Positions 13,539-25,629 are shown, counted from the first letter of the whole stretch. The stretch is DNA of 63,699 nt, filler included, from Octopus bimaculoides (GCF_001194135.2; 8 parts of 8 records of this genome joined end to end with filler, not necessarily neighbours in it); one strand, 5' to 3'. Notes: generated from the sequence alone by a model not told the origin. Numbers and translations: made by a program.

Positions 13539-14139
13539 TGAGGAAACGTGTGCTGCCTACAGTATGTTTATATCGAATGTGGATGCAATAAATTGCTTCT
13601 AATTACCGATAATAACACAAAGTTATACAGGTAAGTGGAGGAATAAAAATATTATTGTAGTGCTAATTTATTTTACAAAAGTATAGCCTAGGCTAGGGTG
13701 CATTCTATGCACTTGTGCATGTTATAGACAATCAAATACGGTATATATCTTAAACAGAGTGCCTGCTATGTGGGTGGGGGCGGAGGAATAGCTAATTGTG
13801 GAAATAAGAAAGTGAAGCTCAAGAACAATGATGACCCATTCGTGTTTTTCAAGGAGACAAAAGGGACGAGGTGTGACTAGGAGAGTTAGCTTTGCTCAAA
13901 GACAGGAATATTGAAGAAGGAAAGCAAAGGATTAGTTTTAGCAACATAACAACTGACTGCAAGAATGAAGTCATGACAAAAACATTAAAGTAGAATTCTT
14001 CACCTTATTATTCTTTTCTACCCTTGGCACAAAGCCCGAAATTTTGTGGGGAGAGGGTGTCCAGTCGATTAGATCGAACCCAGTATGCAACTGGTACTTA
14101 ATTTATTGACCTCGAAAGAAAAAGAGAAAAAGAGAATAG

Positions 14140-14600
14140 TGAGTGCCCCTGTGAACCAAGAGGGAAGCGTGTCTGTGAATGACTTTATTCTCAACCCCTC
14201 GGTCGTCTGCCATCTGGATGCTGTCGAGGATATCAGTGTATAAAGCAACAGCGCTGTCCCACATGTAGGAGTTCTATTCTACAATCGTACTCACGTGTCT
14301 GTTGTTGAATGGCGCTAAAAGTGAGAGCTGAATAACCTCTGACCCTGAAGAGAAGAGTTAATCGGTTGGATGTCGTAGCAGCCAAAGGAATCACCTTACT
14401 TTTGCTGTCAAATCAAACAGAATGCATTTATGGGATGAACATTTCGCTGCCAAGTTAAATAAAGTTTCCAGCCTTCTTCTCATCAGTTGAATGTTATCAT
14501 TCCTTGCGAGGAGTTCATTTAGTCTGTTCTCACCAGTGAAATAATGAGGTAGAGGCGCCGTCTTCGATGAAGGTATATTTGGCATTAAAAGAATAATCAT
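14140..14600 (-). mobile_element. Ancient LINE RT remnant
   Basis: RLNELLARNDNIQLM...LETLFNLAAKCSS..ILFD/SKSKVI resembles R.N.LLFADDI.L....LQ.L........GL.FN..KSKVM. Frameshifted. Confidence 0.4.
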
Positions 14601-14715
14601 ATATGATATTGTAAACATTAAACTTAAAGTAACGTAGACAACAACCGATTATATATACACTTTAATAGGTATTGAGTTCTTTGATTACTCGTTCGTTATA
14701 TATATATATGCATAT

Positions 14716-14760
<45 letters not shown>

Positions 14761-15165
14761 GATAGATAGATACATACATACATACATACATACATACACA
14801 CATACATACACACACAAACACGTATATATACATACATATATGCCTATGTACGTATCTGCTTGTCTTAATCTTACATTGCCGATGTCTTTTATGTCGGCCT
14901 ATATCTGTGTGTGAGTGTATGCCGTACGAAAATATACTTATGCCTGTACGTACATACATACACAATACACACACATACATATTCTCTCCCCCCTCTCTCT
15001 CTCTCTTTCTCACACACACACACACACGTATATATGCACAAATATATATATGTTATTATGTCTCANNNNNNNNNNNNNNNNNNNNNNNNNNNNNNNNNNN
15101 NNNNNNNNNTTAATTAATTAANNNNNNNNNNNNNNNNNNNNNNNNNNNNNNNNNNNNNNNNNNNN

Positions 15166-15418
15166 TCATGGGAACTGCCCATATCCTACGTAAAATACTG
15201 TCTATGTGATCTCAAATTTTAAAGCAAACACATACTTTTCTTATGGTTTCTTAAACATTCACTAGAACAAAACTGTACAAATCCAAATATATGGTACCCT
15301 AGGCATAACACCTACATGAACTTCTAACTTGTTGTCTCTTGGGGTCTCTGGGTGAGTCTTGGATCCAACTTGTACAAATGCAAAACAAAAGTCAAACATA
15401 AAATAATAATAATAATAA
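15166..15418 (+). mobile_element. Dong/R4-clade 3' end (ORF C-terminus, 3' UTR, (AAT)n)
   Basis: MGTAHILRKILSM* is the typical R4/Dong ORF end. It is followed by about 190 nt of UTR and then AATAATAATAATAATAA. Confidence 0.8.
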
Positions 15419-15437
15419 CATCGAAAAATTTCCCCAA

Positions 15438-15483
15438 GACACCTGAAGAAGGCTGGAGGGTATATCAGCCTAAACGTTGTGTT
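15438..15483 (+). ncRNA. Mutated minimal hammerhead motif (G12 replaced by U), PLE-type
   Basis: GACAC-CUGAAGA-A-GGCUG(10 nt)CAGCC-UAAA-CG-UU-GUGUU. Stems I and II pair and stem III is palindromic (ACGU), but GAAA reads UAAA. Confidence 0.55.
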
Positions 15484-15699
15484 TACAACAAACAAGATGA
15501 AGGCAAATATCCGTCGAATTTAAATAATGTACATAATTCCTTATCTCTTAAATATAAAACTGAACCCTCAGAGTATCCCGAAAGCATAGAATAGCATTAC
15601 ACGAGAATGACGACCAATGACTTCAAGTGAATGCGCACAGTATATATATATTCCCTTAAACGAAGGGTTAGAGAGACTTCCACCTCTTTTCCCGCTTCA

Positions 15700-16000
15700 G
15701 AGGAAACGTTGCGAGCTCTGCGATGATTCACCAGCATTGAATTGACCATCATTGACATGGCCCCACCTTATTCATCAAACGCTCACCATTGCCATCTGTG
15801 CCTCTGCGAAAGACAGCATATTCTCCACCAGTCTGACGTATCAATCAAAAAGAAATATTGACTATCTTACTTTTGCCATCATGCTACACTCTGCTGATGA
15901 ACTTTGAGCTCACTGTCCGCCAGCAATGGCTGCCTCATAACCAAGGGCAGGGTATCTAACCACCGATGCCTGAAGAGACCATAGGCTGACCTTCCAAGTT
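15700..16000 (-). mobile_element. Possible RTE-like endonuclease remnant
   Basis: RRGTDGNGERLM resembles G.G..N.NGERL. GC content is elevated. A single weak motif. Confidence 0.3.
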
Positions 16001-16215
16001 TTTGCGTTCTATGTAACCCTCTACTATCGTCGCCATACAACTATGTATGTATGCTTTCGTGCTTCCGTTCTGTTCCTAAGAATACCAAATCTCAATCCCA
16101 CACTAAATACCAACAACAACCAAACTGTTGGATCTACACTTGCATACATTAATCCTGCTCACGCACACCAAATATTGAGAGCATGCATATATGTATGTGT
16201 GTGTTGGTGTGTGTG

Positions 16216-16289
<74 letters not shown>

Positions 16290-16821
16290 NNNNNNNNNNN
16301 NNNNNNNNNNNNNNNNNNNNNNNNNNNNNNNNNNNNNNNNNNNNNNNNNNNNNNNNNNNNNNNNNNNNNNNNNNNNNNNNNNNNNNNNNNNNNNNNNNNN
16401 NNNNNNNNNNNNNNNNNNNNNNNNNNNNNNNNNNNNNNNNNNNNNNNNNNNNNNNNNNNNNNNNNNNNNNNNNNNNNNNNNNNNNNNNNNNNNNNNNNNN
16501 NNNNNNNNNNNNNNNNNNNNNNNNNNNNNNNNNNNNNNNNNNNNNNNNNNNNNNNNNNNNNNNNNNNNNNNNNNNNNNNNNNNNNNNNNNNNNNNNNNNN
16601 NNNNNNNNNNNNNNNNNNNNNNNNNNNNNNNNNNNNNNNNNNNNNNNNNNNNNNNNNNNNNNNNNNNNNNNNNNNNNNNNNNNNNNNNNNNNNNNNNNNN
16701 NNNNNNNNNNNNNNNNNNNNNNNNNNNNNNNNNNNNNNNNNNNNNNNNNNNNNNNNNNNNNNNNNNNNNNNNNNNNNNNNNNNNNNNNNNNNNNNNNNNN
16801 NNNNNNNNNNNNNNNNNNNNN

Positions 16822-16855
<34 letters not shown>

Positions 16856-17269
16856 GTACCAGATATAAGTACACACACATAGTTAATAACGATTAATACA
16901 CACACACATATGTATTTAAAGAAATTATACGCCCACGTTCACACATCATCCTACAGGCACACACACTCATACATGTTTCTTAAACATGTACGCGCACCCA
17001 CGCGTATGCAGCCGGCACACACTCACACACACACAACTGATACACACGCAACTGATATACACCCGCGTAATCACACATACATGATTGATATGAACCGGCA
17101 TTTAACACGTATACATAGGCATTAGGAAACTGCTGCAGTCAGCTCTCAGCCACTTCCCAGCTTACACGTATACACACCCACATGCATTGATATAACAGAT
17201 ACACACGTATAGGCATCAGACATCACACATCCACAGGCTCATGCAGCTGATATATACACGCGCCCACAC

Positions 17270-17520
17270 ACAAACTTGTCGACCATGAGATGCAACGTCG
17301 CTGGAGCTGAACCAAATATTATTAAGACAGTGAGGCGCCCCCAGCTTCCTGCCCAGCCATGCGGTCCAAAAGATTCTTTTTCTCAACGGATTTGGTGTCG
17401 CTGGATTTTCGATTTCGGTTCTAATAACACCATGTAACACCGCTCTGACCAATAGTAGCTAAGTTTCCGATAGTAATCTTGAACTTCCTGTACATCTGCA
17501 TTAGGCTACCTGAGTCCGAC
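17270..17520 (-). mobile_element. RTE-like endonuclease remnant
   Basis: NADVQEVQDYYRKL...KESFGPHG resembles RTE endonuclease A...EVE.FY..L...GPHG.G. Confidence 0.35.
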
Positions 17521-17743
17521 AACCTAGGTTTACTGTAATGAGCCTACGAAGTTGCATGAGGCTGAATCAAATATTTAAAATAATAACATATGTAACTCCC
17601 ACAGCATGTTGTGTGCGTCCTTCTTTTGTTTGCCCACTCCCTTTTTTGTATCACTTGTCTGGATGTTTTGCGGTCTTGTCCCATTTTTGTATTTTTTAAT
17701 ATATAAAATATAGCGGCATACGTACACTGTGGTCTCTTATATG

Positions 17744-17778
<35 letters not shown>

Positions 17779-17960
17779 TGTGTACGACTCTATTATTCTT
17801 TGTATTCTTTCATTATTTCCTTCTTTCTATCAGCCCTTTCACACTTCGTTCATTACACTCTTCGTTCTTTCGTTCCCCCTCTTTCACATTTCCTGGCCCT
17901 CTCTTCATGCTCACTTTTGCTCCTCTTACACTACCCTGTGTCCCTTTGAAATTAATTAAA

Positions 17961-19027
17961 ATGGCAGATCAATCGGACTTTCAAAAAAGTCACATTGTTG
18001 GTACTAGTATGACAGGCGCTAGCGTAATGAAAACAGCCGGAATGTTTGGTGTATGAAGAAGTACTATCTCGAAAGAAAGAACAACATTTGAGAAAGAGGG
18101 AAAAACCTCCTCATTGAAACAAAACTCCGAATAAAACCAAAACTTTCAGATAGGGGCCCTCGGACTGCCAGAAAGGATCACAAAAGTAAAGCTCCCAAAA
18201 CTACTGCAGCGCTTAATGACTACCTCGAGAATCCCGTGTCCACAAAGACTGTTCACCGGGAGCTGCCCGAAGACGGATTTCACGGGAGAGCTGTAATCAG
18301 AAATCCACTACTTTCTAGAACAAACCTTGCAAAGTGTTTAGAGTAGAGTAAAAATCTACACAATTGGTCACTAGAGCAGTGGGAAAATGTTATGTTCTCG
18401 GACGAGTCATCCTTATTTCCGACCACTGGCCGAGTATACGTCTGGAGACAGCTAAAAGAAGCATTTGACCCAGACTGCCTTCTTACAGCTGTTAAACATG
18501 GAGGGGGATCTATGTTGATCTGGGTGGAGGAGGCTACATGTTGGAAATCTACCAGCCCAATGGTTTCCCTTCATGGCAGAATTAGTAGTCAAGACTAAGC
18601 ATTTTATCTGATCAAATTCATCCTATGGTTGCAGAACTGTTTCCGAAAAGAAACACAATCATTCACGATGATAACGCACCAATTCACACAGCTAAAGTTG
18701 TTACTGAATGACACGCGGGACATTCTAGTGAAGCTGAACATCTTATCTGGCCACCACAGTCCCCAGATCTCAATATTATTGAACATTTATGGTGCATTTT
18801 AGGAAAATAAATAAGGAGTCTATATCCTCCACCATCATCACTACAAGAACTGGAGACTGTTCTAGCTGAAGAATGGACCAAAATTCCTTTGGAAAAAATT
18901 CAAACTTTGTACAAGACTGCACCTCGTAGAATTCAAGCTGTAATTACTGCCAAAGGCGATCCTACTCCATATTAAAATGAATTTGTTTGAAATTGTAAGG
19001 TGTTTCCATTATTTTGTCCAACCCCTG
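17961..19027 (+). mobile_element. Degenerate Tc1-family DNA transposon (DD36E transposase pseudogene plus 3' TIR; 5' TIR missing)
   Basis: Manual translation across stops and frameshifts gives MADQSDFQKSHIVG...GASVMKTAGMFGV (paired-like HTH), FSDES (D at 18401), VKHGGGS, HDDNAPIH (D at 18670), WPPQSPDLNIIEHLW (E at 18781), ending AKGDPTPY* at 18975. The terminus ...AGGTGTTTCCATTATTTTGTCCAACCCCTG is followed by TA (19028-19029). Confidence 0.93.
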
Positions 19028-20750
19028 TACATATCTGTATGTGAATGTGTGCGTGTGTGGGTCTATGTATGTATGTAGATGCTTGCACATCTGCATACAA
19101 GTGTGTAAATTATACATAAGTATATATAATTATATAAATATAATTATAATAATAACGGCACTAATAAATATCGTCACATGCAAGAAACAGACGCCAAATG
19201 GCTCTAAGAGCTACAGTTACTTGTTCCATTAACACGGATTGAAAGCGAGGAAAGTGAATAAAACAGATTTCTAAAAAGAGGCATAATTATAGATCGATTG
19301 CTTGGTTAGAGATTTAAAATTGCCATTCATTCATTAGTATAGTACGATCAATTGCACATAATTATACAAACATTTATATATACCAATACGATATATGACG
19401 TCTCTATAATCATATTTACAAATGTTCACTTTCATATACGAGCTATATCTAATTTATCCACCTCAACACGTGCTACACGACCTGAAATAATACCGCAGTG
19501 AATACTTTGTTCGGAGCAATTTTTTATGTATTTAATAATCAGGATAAAATCTTTATAAGATTTTATGAAGTAGCCAGCACGTAATAAACCATATAGGTAA
19601 TAATTAGTACAAGTATAAGTAATTATATAAGTATAGTTATAATAATAACTGCACTAATGAATAGCGCCACGTGCTAGAAATAGATGTTAAATGGCTCTAA
19701 GAACTACAATTACTTGCTCCATTAGCACGGATTGAAAGCGAGGCAACTGAATAAATTAGATTTCTTAAAAGGGGTTTAACTATAGATCAATTTCTGGATA
19801 AGACATGTAAAATCTCCCTACCTTCATCAGTATAGTACGATCATTTGTGAACATTTGTAGATACATTTATGGGTACCTGATATTCGTACTGGTATGTATA
19901 ACTGTTTATAATTATTTGCAACTGGTCTTACTATACTGATGAAGCTATATGTGTGTATTTGTATGCGTTTGTACCAAAGGTACAGCAATTTCACATAGCA
20001 TTACATCTTCCATATATGAATATGTTTTTCTTCCTGCAAATATATTTCAGACGTACATATAATAGCTGAATATTTGCCATAGAGCATTAATTTATTACTC
20101 ATGAAATATCTCATTAAAATTAAATTTATACTATCCCATTATATATTTGTTTTTTATTAAAGTAATGTTGATACACTTATTAAAACTATGGAGCACTTAG
20201 CATAAATTGAAACTTTGCTGAAAATCGTTTAATCTGTAACCTAAATTATTCTATATCTTGACTTTGTTTAGGAATAATCTGGTGTTTCCATGATTCGTTT
20301 GTTGTCTTTTATAAAATCTAATAAAAATAAACTGTCTGTGATTTCAATGTTTATTATACTTCTTGCCAAATCAAATAGACGTGTAAAATTTCCCAAGTTC
20401 TTTCGTAAAGAGCTTCCTATCAACACCAGATATATGCATCGGAATGATTTCTGAGTAATTGAGGAAATAACAAATAGAAGACTAAGATTCGCCTACTGTC
20501 TATATGGCATTTATCCCAGTTTGACAGAAAAAAAATTTTCACGTGCGTGAAGCCAGCAGCTTGCAGATTGTGTTTTAATGGTCGTCATGAAATCAACCAA
20601 ATATGCACTTATACTAGATTTGCTAGTAAGCTCCACACATATATATATATNNNNNNNNNNNNNNNNNNNNNNNNNNNNNNNNNNNNNNNNNNNNTTAATT
20701 AATTAANNNNNNNNNNNNNNNNNNNNNNNNNNNNNNNNNNNNNNNNNNNN

Positions 20751-20911
20751 TGTGGTAGGCTATCAAAGGCCTTTTTATAGTCTATCCAGGCTATTGACAA
20801 GTTTTTGTGTCGCTTGTGACAATCTTCTAAGATCATCTTATTGATGAGTAGCTGATCTTTACAACCATAAGATCCACGTTTACATCCCTTTTGCTCATTA
20901 GGGAATATGCT
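20751..20911 (-). mobile_element. Dong/R4-clade RT fragment, 5'-truncated, running into a gap
   Basis: [52 protein letters not shown] is an intact RT subdomain 2-3 segment typical of R4/Dong. It starts directly after an (AAT)n tract on its sense strand. Confidence 0.9.
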
Positions 20912-20912
20912 A

Positions 20913-20959
<47 letters not shown>

Positions 20960-21941
20960 CATCAGCATTATTATTATTATTATTATTGATATTATTATTA
21001 TTATTAATATTATTATTATTGTTGTTGTTTTTATTATTATTATTATTATCATCATTATTATTATTAGTTAATAAATCGTATGCTATGTACCTGATAGTTT
21101 ACCGATAAAACACGCTCACTTACTCAGTGTTCGTTTGGTATTTGATTAATGAGAGAGATGGAAGAGTATATTTATTGATCACTAGAATTCTTTCGAACCA
21201 TCTAGCATCCATCTCCCAAGATAAATAATTTAGTTTTTACATTTCAAACAATGAAGTATTTGATGGCATCGTAAAGTGAATGATTATATCTGAAGCGTGA
21301 TGGAGTAAAATTAAGTATGTGAGCAGTAATTCTGAATCGGATAGGATATTTATGTATTATTCCATATCTACTAACGGTTATATCTAATAATTTTTTCGCT
21401 AAATTGTGGATTTGTTTTCATTTGTTTTTTTTTTTTGGGGGGGGGGTGTCTTTTGCATATAATATTTGTTATTAATCTTCTACAATAATGAAGGTGTATT
21501 CTTTAATTTGCTGTTTTTGTATATACATACTAAGAAGAAATCTTGTGGAACAGGCGTTATTTTAACGAGATACATCTTGTAATCAACTGAGGAGACACAT
21601 CTACACCGACCGGCAGATACACCTAAACCAGATGTTCAGTATCCCACCCGTGACAGATCGATGTTAGATGCGTCGAAACAACTGCAACAATCAATAAACA
21701 TTCTCATATCTTCCATCTTCCGTATATATATATATGTGCGTGTGTGTGTGTGTGTGTATGTGTGTGTGTNNNNNNNNNNTATACATATATATATATATTG
21801 TGTCTCAGTCAGATTCACTGTGTAGCATATAAGAATGCAGGACACTATCTGGAAACTTGAGCAATTGTTCATCTGGAAGAAAAAGTAACTTGTTACATGC
21901 AACAATGTCTTCTGATTTAATACAGAATGAATATTTTGTAA

Positions 21942-22046
21942 TTACTGAACGTCTTTGCATGGCATCTTTGTTTTGTCGTTAAAACTAGTAACACTTATAT
22001 CATTGTCAGTATTGTCGACATTGTATTCCACGTGTGCTTCTTTCAC
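21942..22046 (-). CDS. Candidate terminal exon, unknown protein: VKEAHVEYNVDNTDNDISVTSFNDKTKMPCKDVQ*
   Basis: Acceptor TACTTTAAACTCCTTCACACAG|G. Only the phase-0 frame is open, the composition is protein-like, and no TE motif is recognised. Confidence 0.4.
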   Translation of the reverse strand: MKEAHVEYNVDNTDNDISVTSFNDKTKMPCKDVQ

Positions 22047-23594
22047 CTGTGTGAAGGAGTTTAAAGTACACTAAATACAGGATAAAACACTAATAATAAA
22101 ATATTCAGTTTTTTTTTTTTCATTTGAAGAAAAGAACAATGTGATGTCACCGTAAGGTCAATAATTATCTCAAGTGTGATAAAATAAAATAAAGTATGTG
22201 TGAAGTAATTTTGAATCGGGATAGAACATCTATGTATTATTCCTTAGAGTGTTATTTTAGATATATTGTAGATATGACAGACGTATGTATGGTACAGAGT
22301 AAAGTGTGCAGATTAGATGTAGATTTAAATAGACATCGTGATCACTTCAACTGATAGTAGTAACAAGGATATATCTCTTAAAATTATAACATTTTTAACC
22401 CTTACGATACCAACCCGTCTTTGACTTCTCCGAGTAATAAGATTTTAATTTCCTCTTTTATGATAATTTGAAGTAAATCATCCATCAACATCCCATGTTA
22501 ATTGGTATTCCAGACATGTTTGTTATTAAGTTTTCAAAATTAATAATAACCAAAGGTAGTGTATTACAGCAGAAAAATTTTAACCCGAAAGTTGAGAAAT
22601 CATAATCAATAACTACTAGGTCTGAAGAATAAGATTAAAAAATAATTGTGGCAAGAACTTCTTTGACAATTGAATTAATTTATCAGTGCAGAGCTGAGAT
22701 GGAATAACAATTAAACCAGTAGCAATATGTTTGAAAAAACGGATGTTACAGTTAGTTACTTACATAGTGATTTCTCTCCCCTTTAATCAAAACTATATTT
22801 TTGTCTTTACATGCTATGCGTGGAGGAAGGACTTTACAGGTCCTTCTAGACTGGTGAATTTGATTAATACTTTTAAGTGCCTGAAGTTAATTTCAGTGTT
22901 CGACTTTCACAATAGTTTTTTTGGTTTTTTTTTCATATTCCTACTGCACGAGGAGAAATATTTTAAGAAGAAATGTTATTCATTTCTATATAAGAAATTC
23001 AAATCACTTTGTACAAAATTGCAAATGCTTTGCTATTCAAAATATATTAGATGTAGATTTAAATAGACATCGTGATCACTTCAACTGATAGTAGTAACAA
23101 GGATATATCTCTTAAAATTATAACATTTTTAACCCTTACGATACCAACCCGTCTTTGACTTCTCCGAGTAATAAGATTTTAATTTTATTGTGTGAATTAC
23201 ACAATAAAATATTGTGCGAATAATCATAAAACTCAAAAGATGGATTATATGGAGCAATTACATCTCATGGAGTTTAAATATTCATAGTGTTCTTACAGTC
23301 CATGCATTCCCTAAAGCACCTGTGTTCCATGAGTTTGTTAATTTTTCCCCATTTTGTTGCTGCTGTTTAACCCCAGGTAATCTTTAACGCAGCAATCTTA
23401 CCTTCCAACAGGTTTAAAGAGATCACTTTGTATTTGTATTATTGTATCCAGAATAACGATGACGTTGATACACTTGTCTTTCTCTTCTCCTTATAAAGAC
23501 ATTAGCGTATAATTTAAGGAGAGGGTCAATCCCTTGCTATTTTCAGCGAGTCATTCAAGCACATACAGTTTCAATCTTCGACGCATTCAATTAC

Positions 23595-23679
<85 letters not shown>

Positions 23680-23697
23680 NNNNNNNNNNNNNNNNNN

Positions 23698-23742
<45 letters not shown>

Positions 23743-24325
23743 CGTGTGTGTGTGTGTGTGCCAAAAACTGTTGATATTTCAGAAGTTCTTTTAATGAAAA
23801 AATAAAGTGGACAAGCGATAGTGAAATATTATTTACTCCGTAAACTGTTACAAGCTATTTGACACATTGATGCGAAATATGATAAGGACTATATTGAAGT
23901 TGCAGTTTGAGCCTTAGTGTCTCTTGCTATATGTAAATCGACATATCAGCATAACAAATGTTTTTCCTGTGTTCAGTGGGGACATATTCAAAACTGAGAC
24001 AATTACGTTGTTGTTTAGTTATTTGATATAATAATAATAATTCGATTTTATTTTAGCTCGACCTCATAAATATTAATTGATATGTTGTATATCAGCCAAT
24101 TTTAATGTAACGTTTTATAGCTTGTTTTTTAAACGTCACCCGATATGAATCAACGCGTTCTTGTTTAGATAAAGTGTTTGGGGATCTTGGAAAGATGACG
24201 TTAACTTAAAGCATGATAAATAAGAAATTTAGGTCATTCATTGCTTTACAGAATCGTCGCTTACAACACATGTTCAATGATGGTGATGATGACGATGATG
24301 TTGATGATGTTGATGATGTTGATAA

Positions 24326-24396
<71 letters not shown>

Positions 24397-24400
<4 letters not shown>

Positions 24401-24595
24401 ACTACAGACAGTACACGGCTTTACCAAGGAAATAGACATGAAATTCGGATTAGAAAAATGTGCCAAAGCAACCCTGAAAAGAGGAAAATTAGTTAAAAGT
24501 AGCAATATAACACTAGATAAAGCCAATGAAATAAGAGAACTAGACGAAAGCCAACCATATAAGTATTTAGGAGTCAATGAACTAGATAGGATACA
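24397..24595 (+). mobile_element. Dong/R4-clade RT C-terminal fragment, 5'-truncated, running into a gap
   Basis: TVHGFTKEIDMKFGLEKCAKATLKRGKLV...YKYLGVNE is the post-YxDD RT region of R4/Dong. It begins directly after (AAT)n at about 24326-24396. Confidence 0.88.
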
Positions 24596-24695
24596 NNNNN
24601 NNNNNNNNNNNNNNNNNNNNNNNNNNNNNNNNNNNNNNNTTAATTAATTAANNNNNNNNNNNNNNNNNNNNNNNNNNNNNNNNNNNNNNNNNNNN

Positions 24696-24749
<54 letters not shown>

Positions 24750-24844
24750 ATATATGAATGTATGTATGTGTATATGTATATATACATACAAACATAAAAG
24801 TATATATAAATATGTATTTATATATATATTAGTGTATACATGCA

Positions 24845-24883
<39 letters not shown>

Positions 24884-24899
24884 GCATACATAAGTATAT

Positions 24900-25120
24900 A
24901 ACTGGCTTGTAAGACCTTAGAAGGTTTCGATTGAGTTAACAATCTCATCAGTGCGCTAGACGCCATCTCGTTCAACGATATAACGCACATTCAAGTATTC
25001 ACGTTCAATGGTGAAGTCCGTTTTACCAAAAATCGATAAACTGTTTAGGTTGAATTTTTAGAAAACCTATTTCTGTATATATTGGTTGCTTGGTCCATGA
25101 GTATCTACAAATTTTTTCAA
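24900..25120 (-). mobile_element. Penelope-like element 3' end (pseudo-LTR with hammerhead)
   Basis: A hammerhead core sits about 90 nt downstream of a faint GIY-YIG-end-like KFNLN segment. This arrangement is typical of PLE pseudo-LTRs. Confidence 0.5.
24901..24960 (-). ncRNA. Type I hammerhead ribozyme motif
   Basis: CUGAUGA-GAUUG(UUAACU)CAAUC-GAAA-CCU(UCUA)AGG-UC. The core is exact, stem II is 5 bp, stem III is 4 bp and the cleavage triplet is GUC. Proximal stem I pairs poorly. Confidence 0.75.
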
Positions 25121-25142
25121 CTCTGCGTGTGTGTGTGTGTGT

Positions 25143-25182
<40 letters not shown>

Positions 25183-25287
25183 TGTGTGTGTGCGTGCGTG
25201 CGTGCGTGTGTGTATGCATGTGTATATGCGTAAGTGTGTTTGTATGTGTGTGTGTGTGTGTTCGTGTCTGTGTCTGTCATCCCTCAC

Positions 25288-25470
25288 AGCTTGACAACCG
25301 GTGTTGGTGGTGTGCTTATGTCGCCGTAACCTAGCGGTTCGATAAAACAGATCGATAGAATAAGTATCTAGCTTTTAAAAAATAAGTACTGAGGTCGGTT
25401 CATTCGATTAAATATTCTAGAAGGCGGCGTCCCAGAATGGCCGCAGTCTAATGACTGAAAGAAATAAAAG
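25288..25470 (+). mobile_element. SINE-type repeat family C (probably the 3' half of family B)
   Basis: GCTTGACAACCGGTGTTGG..CCGTAAC.TAGCGGTTCG..GATAGAATAAGTA..GCATGGCCGCAGTC.AATGACTGAAA. Homologues at 45935-46116 (-), 58460-58560 (-) and 58788-58965 (+). Confidence 0.8.
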
Positions 25471-25629
25471 GTAACCCCCCCCCCCACATGCACATAAAAC
25501 ACTTGCATACGTACATGCACGAGGGGTTGCTAAAAAGGTCCCGGACTGAAGGACCGCTGCAGTAAGTGTGTGAGTCTGAGAGGGGAGCGAGTTGAATAAA
25601 ACCATAATGAACTGCCCCTCCTCTATTTT

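Noticed and set aside
14294-14600. Apparent small exons with GTAAGG and GTGAGT donors
   Set aside because: Phases do not chain (the 55-nt intron leads to a stop), and the region is better explained as a LINE RT remnant.
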